DNA of 64,000 bases from Candidatus Latescibacterota bacterium (GCA_965203175.1 OZ241867.1:6272001-6336000), one strand, 5' to 3'. Counted from the first letter of the stretch, positions 17,264-27,145 are shown. Numbers and translations: made by a program. The notes: a model not told the origin generated them from the sequence alone.

Positions 17264-17850
17264 CTCGTCCCTGTTTTCGTCTACACCCGCACCACGTCGC
17301 ACACTTCTTCTCCCACTTGCTCAATCCCGCGCTGTTGGCACTCTTGGTCTTCGGCGTCCAAGCGCACGTGCTGGGCGACTGGCTCGCCGGCTCAGTGGCG
17401 ATCGGCACCTTCTCCTTGGTACCTGGGCTGCTTCTCTGGCACTTCGTGCGCTCGGGGTATCTCGACAAAGCCTATACAGACGACCGCAACAAGCGCGCTA
17501 CCCTGCTCTTGCTGGGCGCTCTTTGCTACACCTTAGGGAGTGCAGGTCTCTACGGGATCGGTGCTCCGCCCCTAATGCTGGTCACGGCCGCGTCCGGTGT
17601 CGTCAACACGCTCTTGGTCTGGTGGATCAATCGCTCCTATAAAATCAGCATTCACGCGGCTGGTGTCGGAGGGGCGACCTGTGTATTGTTGATCAGCGTC
17701 GGCAGCGCGGCGTGGCCCTTTTTGCTCAGTTGGCCGGCCGTCGCTTGGGCGCGGCTTTACTTGCGGGCGCACACTCCCATGCAGATCGGCGCGGGCGGCG
17801 CGCTGGGCGCGGGGAGTATGGCCCTGCTGTACAGTGCTTTCATATGGTGA
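17230..17850 (+). CDS. PAP2-superfamily-like membrane protein
   Basis: ~6 TM helices with KISIHAAG and WARLYLRAHTPMQ (PAP2 C2/C3-like motifs). Confidence 0.65.
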   Translation: MAKETNRGEQLARPCFRLHPHHVAHFFSHLLNPALLALLVFGVQAHVLGDWLAGSVAIGTFSLVPGLLLWHFVRSGYLDKAYTDDRNKRATLLLLGALCYTLGSAGLYGIGAPPLMLVTAASGVVNTLLVWWINRSYKISIHAAGVGGATCVLLISVGSAAWPFLLSWPAVAWARLYLRAHTPMQIGAGGALGAGSMALLYSAFIW

Positions 17851-17859
17851 ACACGGCAC

Positions 17860-20082
17860 ATGAACCAATCGTATAAGGGTTTTATAGATCGCCTGACTTA
17901 CCACAACCCGGAAAACGGCTATACCATTGCGCGCTTAGTCGTCGAGGGGCAGCGCGAGCGGATCGCCATCGTGGGGACGCTTGCCTCCATCCAAGAGGGC
18001 GAGAGCGTCGAAATCGCAGGCGTGTGGACCAATCACCCCAAATACGGCAAACAGTTCAAGGTGGAGCACTATAAGGCCGTTTATCCCTCGACCCTCGAAG
18101 GCATACAAAAGTACCTCGGCTCCGGTCTGATCAAAGGCGTCGGAACGAAATCGGCCAAGCGTATCGTCGATCACTTTGGCGCGGAAACGCTCGACATCAT
18201 CGACGCGGATCCCCAACGGCTAGCTGAAGTACCCAAGCTGGGCAAAAAGAGAGTCGAGCTGATTGCCGCGGCTTGGGACGAGCAGCGGCAAATCAAGGAC
18301 GTGATGGTCTTTTTGCAGTCGCACGGGATTACCACTGGCTATGCGGTGAAAATTTTTAAGACCTACGGCCAAGAGGCCATTCAAAAGGTGCGCAGCGATC
18401 CCTATCGCTTGGAGCGCGATGTGGATGGGATCGGCTTCCGCATCGCCGATCGCATTGCCCAGCGCTTGGGCCTGGGCCGCGACGCCCCCGAGCGCGTACA
18501 GGCTGGCATCCGCTACTTGCTCTCCGAAGCAGCCGACGAGGGCCACGTGTACCTGCCGACCGCTAGAACGATGAAGCTGCCGGCCGTTGGAATGGTGGAG
18601 TTGCCGGCCGTTGGAATGATGGAACGGGCCGTCGAAATTTTGGACATTGACGCCGAGCTGTTGCCGCCGGCATTAGAGGCCCTGCGCGCCAACGACGGCG
18701 TAGTCACCGAAGACCTGCGCTGCTATTTGCCGCCACTCCACCGCGCCGAAGTGGGTGCCGCATCGTCGCTAAAGCGGCTCTTGCGAGCGCCGGCCGAAGA
18801 GTTGGCCGTGCCCGCAGAAGCTGAGGACGGGCTGGAATTGGCTTCGGCGCAAAAACAAGCCGTGGAACTGGTCGCCACCAGCAAGGTACTAGTGCTAACT
18901 GGCGGGCCGGGCACCGGCAAGACCACGGTCACGCGGCGCATCTTGCATCTCTTGGAGAAAGGCGGCCTCAAGGTCGCGCTGTGCTCGCCTACGGGCCGCG
19001 CCGCCAAGCGGCTGAGCGAGGCCAGCGGGCGCGAGGCCAAGACCATTCATCGACTGCTGGGATTTCAGCCGGGCGAGCGGCAATTCAAAAAGGGCTACGA
19101 CGACCGCCTCGAAATCGACGCGCTGATCGTCGATGAGGCTTCCATGATCGACGTGGTGCTGCTCAACGCGCTCCTGCGCGCCCTGCCCGACCACGTTCGG
19201 CTAGTGCTAGTCGGCGACATCGATCAGTTGCCCTCGGTAGGGCCAGGCAACGTGCTCCGCGACATCATCGACTCCGCCGAAGTGCCGGTGGTGCGCCTGA
19301 CGCAGATTTTTCGCCAAGCCCAAAAAAGCCACATCATCCGCAACGCGCACCGCATCAACAGCGGCGAAATGCCCATCGTCGAGAACGACGCGGCCGCGGA
19401 TTTCTACTTCATCCAAGAAGGCGACCCAGAGCGGGTGGTCGAGCTAGTCGAGGAGTTGTGCGCCGCGCGGCTGCCCAGCTATCGGGGGTGGGATCGGCGC
19501 AACGACATCCAAGTGCTTTCGCCCATGTACCGCGGCGAAACCGGTGCGCTCAATCTAAACCAGCGGCTGCAACAGCGCCTCAACCCGCACGGGCAGGCAC
19601 ATAGCCATCGCGGGGCCGAGTTCCGGGTGGGCGACAAGGTCATGCAGGTCAAAAACAACTACGACAAGGGCGTTTTTAACGGCGACATCGGCACGATCGA
19701 GCGGCGCGATGCGGAAAAGCAGGTACTCTACGTGCGCTTTGACTACACCTTGGAATACGATCAGGTCGATCTCGACCAGCTCACCCTCGCCTACGCCATC
19801 AGCATCCACCGCTCTCAGGGGTCGGAATTTCCCGTGGTAGTGCTACCGCTGACGACGCAGCACTACGTGATGCTCCAGCGCAACCTGCTCTACACGGCAA
19901 TTACCCGCGCCAAGCAAATGATCGTCATCATCGGCACCTCCAAGGCCCTCAAGCTGGCCATTGCCAACGACAAGGTCGCCCAGCGCTACACCACGCTCAA
20001 ACAGCGGCTGCGCGGCGAGGTCGGCGAGGTAATGGAAGCGGGACAAGCCATCCCACTAGAATCAACACTGCCGAGCGATTAA
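17860..20082 (+). CDS. recD2: ATP-dependent RecD2 helicase
   Basis: HPKYGKQF, YLGSGLIKGVG, GGPGTGKT, IVDEASM, GDIDQLPSVGPG, AYAISIHRSQGSEF, LLYTAITRA. Confidence 0.93.
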   Translation: MNQSYKGFIDRLTYHNPENGYTIARLVVEGQRERIAIVGTLASIQEGESVEIAGVWTNHPKYGKQFKVEHYKAVYPSTLEGIQKYLGSGLIKGVGTKSAKRIVDHFGAETLDIIDADPQRLAEVPKLGKKRVELIAAAWDEQRQIKDVMVFLQSHGITTGYAVKIFKTYGQEAIQKVRSDPYRLERDVDGIGFRIADRIAQRLGLGRDAPERVQAGIRYLLSEAADEGHVYLPTARTMKLPAVGMVELPAVGMMERAVEILDIDAELLPPALEALRANDGVVTEDLRCYLPPLHRAEVGAASSLKRLLRAPAEELAVPAEAEDGLELASAQKQAVELVATSKVLVLTGGPGTGKTTVTRRILHLLEKGGLKVALCSPTGRAAKRLSEASGREAKTIHRLLGFQPGERQFKKGYDDRLEIDALIVDEASMIDVVLLNALLRALPDHVRLVLVGDIDQLPSVGPGNVLRDIIDSAEVPVVRLTQIFRQAQKSHIIRNAHRINSGEMPIVENDAAADFYFIQEGDPERVVELVEELCAARLPSYRGWDRRNDIQVLSPMYRGETGALNLNQRLQQRLNPHGQAHSHRGAEFRVGDKVMQVKNNYDKGVFNGDIGTIERRDAEKQVLYVRFDYTLEYDQVDLDQLTLAYAISIHRSQGSEFPVVVLPLTTQHYVMLQRNLLYTAITRAKQMIVIIGTSKALKLAIANDKVAQRYTTLKQRLRGEVGEVMEAGQAIPLESTLPSD
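18553..18624 (+). repeat. 3 x 24-bp in-frame tandem repeat inside recD2
   Basis: ctgccgaccgctagaacgatgaag / ctgccggccgttggaatggtggag / ttgccggccgttggaatgatggaa, encoding LPTARTMK LPAVGMVE LPAVGMME. Confidence 0.85.
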
Positions 20083-20085
20083 TTT

Positions 20086-20814
20086 CTACAAGTCATCGCG
20101 CAGCAGCCAGCGCACGGCGTTTTGCTGCAACTTCTCGTAGGCCGGATTCCACAGCGCGGGGATGGTGTGTCCCGGTGATAAATAACATACGCGGCCCGCG
20201 CCGTAATCGTACGCCCAAGCCGCCTCGCACGTGGTGCCCAAGTCCTGCCAAGTGTGCCCGTCGTCGTTGACGCTGACGGCCAAGACATGGGCCGGGTCCT
20301 TGTCGTACTGCATGAAGTGCTGCTCGTCCTCAACGACAAAGTCCTCCACGCCGCGCGTTATGGGATGGTTTGTACGCGTGATGTGCACGCGGTAGGGACG
20401 CACCGGCGGGTGGCCTTGCGTAGCAGCGCCTAGCACGTGGCGGAAGTCGCTGCTGCCCGGAGCGATATACGTGGAATTGTGGTAGAAAAGAGCCGCGCCA
20501 CCTGCCTCCACAAAGCTCCGCACGGCGCGGCCCTGATCCTCGGTAATCCACTGCACGGGATGGGATCCCTCAGCCTGGACGGGCGGCTCGCTAACGGACG
20601 CAGCCTCTATGCCGTAGCCATTGGGCCAGATCATGCCGTCGCGGAAGGTGATCAGTAGTCGGTAGTTCGACAGATGTTGGGCGTTGAGTAGGGTAATCTC
20701 GTCAGTAAAGTCAACGGATAATCCCATGCCTTGGATCAAGGTGCGGCCCAAAGCCGTGCGGATGTAATCAGACGTGTGATAGCGGTCGCCCACTAGGGCA
20801 AAAGCCGTAGCCAT
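20086..20814 (-). CDS. ThuA-like domain protein (class I glutamine amidotransferase-like fold)
   Basis: GDRYH, FVEAGGAALFYH, HPITRGVEDFVVEDEQH, YGAGRVCYLSPGH. Confidence 0.8.
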   Translation of the reverse strand: MATAFALVGDRYHTSDYIRTALGRTLIQGMGLSVDFTDEITLLNAQHLSNYRLLITFRDGMIWPNGYGIEAASVSEPPVQAEGSHPVQWITEDQGRAVRSFVEAGGAALFYHNSTYIAPGSSDFRHVLGAATQGHPPVRPYRVHITRTNHPITRGVEDFVVEDEQHFMQYDKDPAHVLAVSVNDDGHTWQDLGTTCEAAWAYDYGAGRVCYLSPGHTIPALWNPAYEKLQQNAVRWLLRDDL

Positions 20815-20825
20815 GAATCCCCTCC

Positions 20826-22313
20826 TCAGAACCGTTCCAACTCTGGAAACTTTTCCTCGCCGCTGTGCACGTGCATGGCCCCGCCCTCAGCGCACCGCCG
20901 CAAGGTGGGGAACACCTTGCCCGGATTCAATACCTGCTGCGGGTCAAATTCGGCTTTGACTCGTTCTTGGGCGTCCAAATCCGCGTCCTTGAACATGCAC
21001 GGCATCAAATCCCGCTTTTCAATGCCAACCCCGTGCTCCCCGCTCAACACGCCCCCTACTTCGACGCAGAGCTTCAGGATCTCGGCCCCTAGCGACTCGG
21101 CTTTCTCCAGATCGCCCTCGACATTGCTGTCATACAATACGAGTGGGTGCAGGTTGCCATCGCCCGCGTGGAAGACGTTGGCCACCCGCAGGCCATACGC
21201 GGCCGACAGCTCGCCGATTCTCTCTAGCACCTGCGGCAGCGCGCCGCGCGGAATGGTTCCGTCCATGCAGTAGTAGTCGGGACTAATCCGGCCCATCGCT
21301 GGGAAAGCTGCTTTACGGCCAGCCCACAACTTTTGCCGCTCGGCCTCGGTTGTGGCGCGGGAAAGCTCGGTCGCACCCGTCTGCAGCAAGAGCGATTCCA
21401 GCACGCGGCTTTGGCACTCGACCTCGCTTTGCGGCCCGTCCAATTCGACCAGCAAGAGCGCCGCAACCCCGAGCGGATAGCCCGCTCCGACAAACCCCTC
21501 CACCGCTTCCACAGATAGCTGATCCATGATTTCCATACCGGCTGGTACCATGCCCGCAGCGATGATCTCGGCCACCGCCTGTCCGGCCGCGGCGACCGAA
21601 TCGTACACGGCCATCACAGCCTGCGCCACTTCTGGCTTGGGTAAGATCCGCAGCGTGGCCTCCGTGGTAATGGCCAACAACCCTTCCGAACCCGTCAGCA
21701 GCCCGAGCAAATCGTAGCCCGCTTGGTCCATGCCCTTGCCCCCAACCCGCACGACCTCGCCATCGGCCAACACTACCTCCAAGCCAAGCAGATTGTTGGT
21801 CGTCGTGCCGTACTTGAGGCAGTGTACTCCGCCCGAATTTTCGGCGATATTGCCGCCGATTGAGCAGGCGATCTGACTCGAAGGATCGGGCGCGTAGTAG
21901 AAGCCGCTCCGCTCCACCGCTTCGGTTACGGCTCGGTTGGTCACGCCCGGCTGCACTGTCACCGCGCGGTTTTCTAAATCGATGTCGAGTACCGCTCGCA
22001 TCCGCGCCGTGCTCAACACTACTCCATCTTCTCTCGGCAGGGCACCGCCCGAAAGCCCGGTGCCAGCGCCCCAAGGGACGATGGGAATATCGAGTTGGGA
22101 GCACGTCCTGAGTACGGCCGCGACCTGCTCGGTGCTATCCGGTAAGGCGATCAGCATGGGCCGCTGGCGATACGCCGACAGGCCGTCGCATTCATAGGCG
22201 ACTACGTCCTCGCGGCGGTGAATAATCTGATCGGCGCGCAAGTGTTCGAGCAGGAGGCTGATGAGGTCTCCGCGCCGCTTGAAGCGGGTGGGATCGGGTG
22301 TGGGAAGTTGCAT
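20826..22313 (-). CDS. glcD: FAD-linked oxidase, glycolate oxidase subunit GlcD-like
   Basis: YECDGLSAY, GAGTGLSGGA, APDPSSQIACSIGGNIAENSGGVHCLKYG, FHAGDGNLHP, GEHGVG. Confidence 0.88.
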   Translation of the reverse strand: MQLPTPDPTRFKRRGDLISLLLEHLRADQIIHRREDVVAYECDGLSAYRQRPMLIALPDSTEQVAAVLRTCSQLDIPIVPWGAGTGLSGGALPREDGVVLSTARMRAVLDIDLENRAVTVQPGVTNRAVTEAVERSGFYYAPDPSSQIACSIGGNIAENSGGVHCLKYGTTTNNLLGLEVVLADGEVVRVGGKGMDQAGYDLLGLLTGSEGLLAITTEATLRILPKPEVAQAVMAVYDSVAAAGQAVAEIIAAGMVPAGMEIMDQLSVEAVEGFVGAGYPLGVAALLLVELDGPQSEVECQSRVLESLLLQTGATELSRATTEAERQKLWAGRKAAFPAMGRISPDYYCMDGTIPRGALPQVLERIGELSAAYGLRVANVFHAGDGNLHPLVLYDSNVEGDLEKAESLGAEILKLCVEVGGVLSGEHGVGIEKRDLMPCMFKDADLDAQERVKAEFDPQQVLNPGKVFPTLRRCAEGGAMHVHSGEEKFPELERF

Positions 22314-22316
22314 TAG

Positions 22317-23321
22317 TTAGTAGCCCAAGTCTTTGGCGTAAGCAAAAAGCGCGGGCGTGCCGCCGGTATGGAGAAAGATAAGACTCTGCTCGGGATGCCA
22401 CCAACCGGCGCGCACGTGTGCCAAAAGCCCGGCCATGGCCTTGCTGGTGTAAGACGGATCGAGCAACAGTCCTTCCTGCTGCGCCACCAAGTGCAGAGCT
22501 TCGCAACTTTCTGGAGTAACCACGCCGTAGTCCGGGCCAACAAACGCGGCATAGCTTTCGAAATCCTCCACCTTCAGCGAGAGGTCTATTCCTAGAATCT
22601 CGGCGCATTCCCGCCCCAGCGCGAGATGTCCCTGGGCCGCCTGCTGGTCGTCGCGCGGCGAGGGGCTGATGCCCACTACCCGCATATCGATGCCCAGCGC
22701 CTTGAACGCCACCACCAGCCCCACGTGGGTATGCGCCCCCGAACACAGGTAGATCGCCGCTGGCTCAACGTCTTGTTCCTCGCATTGGGCCAAAAGTTCT
22801 AGCGCCCCATCGACGTACGCTACACTCCGGAAGATGCGCGCGTCCGAGCTAGTGTGGAAGGGGCGATGGCCAGCCGCAGCCAGCGCGGCCATCTTCGCGG
22901 TTACGGCCGGGGCCTGCTCCTCGGGAGCGGGCAGGTCCACCTCTGCGCCAAAGAGGCGAGTCAACAGCAGATTTCCCTGCGTCTGTGCATGGGCATCGTC
23001 GCGACCGACTACTACCGCAGACAGCCCCAATTTTGCGGCCACTGCAGCCGTCTGCCGCGATTGATTCGACTGGGCAGCGGCTGAGTGTACCAGCACGTCA
23101 CAGCCCTGCTCTACGGCTTGGGCGATCTGGTATTCAAACTCGCGGATCTTGTTGCCGCCGAAGGCCAAACCGGTCAAATCGTCGCGCTTGACCCAAATCT
23201 GCGGGCCGGCCAAGTGGGCGCTGAGGCGCTTTAATTCCTCCAGGGGCGTGGGCAAGGACGCTAGCTGCAACCGCGGCAAGGCGGCCAACCGCTCTTTCAG
23301 TTCCTCTCGGCTGATAGTCAT
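22317..23321 (-). CDS. PLP-dependent D-cysteine desulfhydrase / ACC deaminase family protein
   Basis: LPTPLE, WVKRDDLTGLAFGGNKIR, QSNQSR, LLDPSYTSKA, FLHTGG; start at ATG 23321 after a GAGGA RBS. Confidence 0.88.
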   Translation of the reverse strand: MTISREELKERLAALPRLQLASLPTPLEELKRLSAHLAGPQIWVKRDDLTGLAFGGNKIREFEYQIAQAVEQGCDVLVHSAAAQSNQSRQTAAVAAKLGLSAVVVGRDDAHAQTQGNLLLTRLFGAEVDLPAPEEQAPAVTAKMAALAAAGHRPFHTSSDARIFRSVAYVDGALELLAQCEEQDVEPAAIYLCSGAHTHVGLVVAFKALGIDMRVVGISPSPRDDQQAAQGHLALGRECAEILGIDLSLKVEDFESYAAFVGPDYGVVTPESCEALHLVAQQEGLLLDPSYTSKAMAGLLAHVRAGWWHPEQSLIFLHTGGTPALFAYAKDLGY

Positions 23322-23525
23322 AGTTTTCCTCTTTTTGTTTGCTTTCAATACAATCATTAAACAACCACCGGGCAAACCTATCATTCACTTCGGCCGTGCC
23401 GAATTTGCCCTTTTGCTAAAATCCCTTAACTTTTACGTAGTGAGACCCACACAACTTTCTGCCCTTCCTTGGAGCCTCACTTCTCCCCAATACAAATCGC
23501 TGTTTAACAAATATATAGGGCCGTT

Positions 23526-25817
23526 TTGGATCTAGTCGAACCTATACCCGAACGCCTACTGCCCCACATCCGCGGCGAATTACAACCCGGCGAGCTGCTC
23601 ATAGTCCTGCTCGCCGCCGACATTCGCCCCGACGGGCAGTACGGCGACTCTTGGTTTGCTCTCACCGACGAGCGGATGCTCGTCTTTCACCCCAATGGCG
23701 CAGATAAGCCCGATACTGTGCGCCTCGGCTTGGACGAAGTGCAAGGCATCCAGACCCGCAACTACGTGGGCAGCGGTGCACTCGTCGTCGAGCTAGAGGA
23801 TGAGACCGTCGAGCTGCTGCGCTTTTCGCAGAGTGCGTATTACAAATTCTCCGGCGTGCCCCAAGCCATCGAGGGCGCTGGCTTGGTCGAGGAAGAAGAC
23901 GCAGACGAGGACGGGGCGCTGCATGTCGATCCGGTCAAAGTAGTAGAACACTGCCCCACCTGCGGACTCGCCCTCCGCTCTGGCTCCAAAATCTGCCCCA
24001 ACTGCCTGCGCCAGACCGAGACCTTCTGGCGATTGTTTTCCTACATTAAGCCCTATAAAAGACAAGCACTACTCGGGTTCACGCTGACGATTGTGCTGAC
24101 GGCCATTGGTCTGCTGCCGCCTCAGCTCAACCGCATCCTCATCGACGATGTCATCATCCCGGTTCTCGCCCAATACGAAGCTGCGGGCATCGTCGAGGGC
24201 GAGGCGACCACGCCCCCTGCCGCGAGCGTCCAACTCCTGCTGTGGGTCGTGCTCGGCCTGCTCGGTATCTATATCGGCCGCGGCATCATCAGCGGCGTGC
24301 GAATGTACGCCCTAGGGTGGCTCGGCCAGCACATTGTGTACGATTTACAGAGGCAAATTTTCCAACATTTGCAATTGTTGTCGCTGACTTTTTACAACAA
24401 GCTCAGCACCGGTCGGATCATGACCCGAGTCACCAGCGACACCGAGCGCATGCGCAGCTTTATCACCTCGGGGTTCCAAGACATCGTCATCGACGGGCTG
24501 ACCATCATTGGCATCTGCACAATGCTATTTGTAATGAATTGGGAATTGGCGCTTTTGTCGCTGATCCCCATCCCCTTCATGATCATCGGCACCATCATCT
24601 ACCGCAACCGCATCCACTGGGTTTTCCACCGGATATGGCGCCGCATCGCCGAACTCAACGCCATGCTCGCCGACTCCATCCCCGGCGTCAAGGTCGTCAA
24701 GGCCTTTGCCCAAGAAAGCCGCGAGGTCGAGCGCTTCACCGAGCGCAATATCGATGTGCGCGAATCGCAGATGACCTCGTTCAAGATGCGGTCCTACTAC
24801 ATTCCGACGGTCGCCTTTACCACCTCAGTCGGCTCGATCATCCTGTGGTGGTTTGGCGGCAATCGGGTGCTCAGCAACGCCCTGACCTTGGGCGAGTTGC
24901 AGGCTTTTATCTCGTACATGGTCATGTTCTACGCGCCGGTGCGCTCGCTGTGCACCCTCACCGAGCAGCTAGAGACCGCAGCGACAACCGCCGAGCGCGT
25001 CTTTGAGATCATCGACACCGAGCCCGAAGTCCAAGACGACCCCGACGCCATCGACCCCGGCCCACTTACCGGCGAAGTAGAATTCCGCAACGTCAGCTTC
25101 ACGTACGACGGCTCGGCGAGGATTCTCGACCGCATCCACTTTAAGACCACACCCGGCGAGATGATCGGCATCGTCGGCCCCAGCGGCGCTGGCAAGTCAA
25201 CTCTGGTCAACCTCATTTCGCGGTTCTACGACGCCACCGACGGCCAAGTCCGCATCGATGGCCAGCCCATTACCCGGCTCAAACAGCAGGCACTGCGCAA
25301 CCAAATCGGCGTGGTTTTGCAAGAGCCGCTGCTGTTCCAAGGATCCATCGCCAGCAACATTGCCTATGGCCATCCCGAGGCCACGCGCCAAGAGGTCATC
25401 GAGGCGGCCCGCGCAGCCAACGCCCACAAGTTCATCATGAATTTTCCCGATGGCTACGACACCCAAGTCGGCGAGCGCGGCGGTCGGCTCTCCGGCGGCG
25501 AGCGCCAGCGCATTTCCATTGCCCGCGCCTTGATCGGCAACCCACGTATCCTGATCCTCGACGAGGCCACCGCCTCAGTCGATACCCAGACCGAATACGA
25601 AATCCAAGAGGCGCTCGAGCGATTAGTCGCCGGCCGCACCACCTTTGCCATCGCCCACCGGCTCTCGACCCTCAAAAATGCCGACCGACTGCTGGTGTTG
25701 GAAAGAGGACGCGTCGCTGAAGTCGGCACCCACGAAGAGTTGCTCAATAAGGAGGACGGCGTCTATCGCCGACTGGTCGATATGCAAACCGAAATGGCGA
25801 AAGTGCGGGCGCTATGA
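23526..25817 (+). CDS. ABC transporter, fused TMD-NBD, with N-terminal PH-like and zinc-ribbon extension
   Basis: GPSGAGKS, LSGGERQR, ILDEATAS; 6-TM domain; N-terminal CPTC-x10-CPNC; TTG start. Confidence 0.9.
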   Translation: MDLVEPIPERLLPHIRGELQPGELLIVLLAADIRPDGQYGDSWFALTDERMLVFHPNGADKPDTVRLGLDEVQGIQTRNYVGSGALVVELEDETVELLRFSQSAYYKFSGVPQAIEGAGLVEEEDADEDGALHVDPVKVVEHCPTCGLALRSGSKICPNCLRQTETFWRLFSYIKPYKRQALLGFTLTIVLTAIGLLPPQLNRILIDDVIIPVLAQYEAAGIVEGEATTPPAASVQLLLWVVLGLLGIYIGRGIISGVRMYALGWLGQHIVYDLQRQIFQHLQLLSLTFYNKLSTGRIMTRVTSDTERMRSFITSGFQDIVIDGLTIIGICTMLFVMNWELALLSLIPIPFMIIGTIIYRNRIHWVFHRIWRRIAELNAMLADSIPGVKVVKAFAQESREVERFTERNIDVRESQMTSFKMRSYYIPTVAFTTSVGSIILWWFGGNRVLSNALTLGELQAFISYMVMFYAPVRSLCTLTEQLETAATTAERVFEIIDTEPEVQDDPDAIDPGPLTGEVEFRNVSFTYDGSARILDRIHFKTTPGEMIGIVGPSGAGKSTLVNLISRFYDATDGQVRIDGQPITRLKQQALRNQIGVVLQEPLLFQGSIASNIAYGHPEATRQEVIEAARAANAHKFIMNFPDGYDTQVGERGGRLSGGERQRISIARALIGNPRILILDEATASVDTQTEYEIQEALERLVAGRTTFAIAHRLSTLKNADRLLVLERGRVAEVGTHEELLNKEDGVYRRLVDMQTEMAKVRAL

Positions 25818-26317
25818 GCGAGACACGCGGTTATTCGTACGGGGATTTTGTGCTCGACCCGCAAAAGATGCGTTTCAGCCGCTCCGAGCGCGGCAGCTTG
25901 ATCCTCACGGTCGACGGCGAGGAACACACCGACCTCAAGATCCGCCGCGCCTTCCCATTAGAAGAGTCCGACCGCTACATCGGCGTCTTTGCCGCCGAAG
26001 ACCAAGAACTCGGCATAATCGAAGACCCGCAGCAACTCGACGACCAAAGCCGTCAAGTGCTCCTAGACGAGCTCAACAAGATTTACTTCCAACCGCAGGT
26101 CCTCGCTTTCGATAGCCTCGACGAAGAATTCGGAGTACTGCGCGGCCAGATCGAAACCACCAGCGGCCCTCGTCGACTCGAAATCCGCAGCTACCGCACC
26201 AATGTGCGCATGCTCTCTGGTGGCCGAGCTATCATTGAGGACGTCGATGGCAATCGCTATCTGATCGCCAACTGGCGGGCGCTGCCACAAAAAACGCGCG
26301 AGATTCTGGGGCTGTAG
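25814..26317 (+). CDS. DUF1854-like protein
   Basis: ATGA overlap with the ABC gene; RRAFPL, ELGII, IEDVDGNRYLI motifs. Confidence 0.75.
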   Translation: MSETRGYSYGDFVLDPQKMRFSRSERGSLILTVDGEEHTDLKIRRAFPLEESDRYIGVFAAEDQELGIIEDPQQLDDQSRQVLLDELNKIYFQPQVLAFDSLDEEFGVLRGQIETTSGPRRLEIRSYRTNVRMLSGGRAIIEDVDGNRYLIANWRALPQKTREILGL

Positions 26318-26335
26318 AGCGAGGACGGACTGCGG

Positions 26336-27145
26336 TTAGCCGGCAAAATACGCCCGCATCTTCTCCAGACCAATCCGGGCGACTTCCGCCGGATCCTGCT
26401 CCCATAGCCCCGGATTAAACAACTCCAACGACACAAACCCCTCGTATCCCTGCGCCTGAGCCAGCCGCTCGATCTCGCGCAACGGCCCGACTCCGTCGCC
26501 CGGCATCACTCGGTCGGCGTCGCTTTGTTCGGCAAACGGCTTGTCGCCGGGGGCATCGTTCCAGTGCCAGACCGCAACCTTGTCGCCGGGCACCTTGGCG
26601 ATGCTTTCGATAGGACCGCCACCGCGCACTATGTGGAACGGGTCCATGATCAAACTCGCATCTGGATGGTCGGCGTCTTCGGCGATCTGCCAAGCTTGGT
26701 CAATGGTGTACACGCTTTGCACGAAGCCTAGGTATTCCATCGCCGGCCGCACGCCGATTTCTTTGCCGATTTCCAGCAATTCGCGGTAATCGGCTCCGCC
26801 TCGGCTCAGGTCGCAGGGATCTCGCGGCGGACTGGCGACGATAAATTCGGCCCCCACTGCTACTGCCTGCGCCATCCGCCGCCGCACCTCCTCCAATGCC
26901 TGCTCCCGCGCTGCGCCCTCAGCCCCCAACCAACCGTGAAGTGCAATGACGGTCGGCACCGCTAACCCGTAGTCGGCCAGTGCCAGCCGCACATCCGCGA
27001 GCAAACCGCCCTGCTGCTCGTGCGCGGTCAAGTCGTCGTTCCACAGCTCAATGCCCTGGTAGCCGGTCTGTCCGGCGATGTGGATTTTATCCATCAGCGA
27101 CGCCGGGCGGATCGTCGATGTGTTGAGCGCGTATTGCACCGTCAT
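26336..27145 (-). CDS. Sugar phosphate isomerase/epimerase (AP-endonuclease-2 TIM barrel)
   Basis: GYQGIELW, AMEYLG, DPFH, HWND, DRVMPGDG, SLELFN. Confidence 0.85.
   Translation of the reverse strand: MTVQYALNTSTIRPASLMDKIHIAGQTGYQGIELWNDDLTAHEQQGGLLADVRLALADYGLAVPTVIALHGWLGAEGAAREQALEEVRRRMAQAVAVGAEFIVASPPRDPCDLSRGGADYRELLEIGKEIGVRPAMEYLGFVQSVYTIDQAWQIAEDADHPDASLIMDPFHIVRGGGPIESIAKVPGDKVAVWHWNDAPGDKPFAEQSDADRVMPGDGVGPLREIERLAQAQGYEGFVSLELFNPGLWEQDPAEVARIGLEKMRAYFAG

Noticed and set aside
15898-17850. Classical RiPP or PQQ biosynthetic cluster suggested by the PqqD-like gene
   Set aside because: No precursor peptide, radical SAM, PqqB/C/E or other maturase is present in the window.
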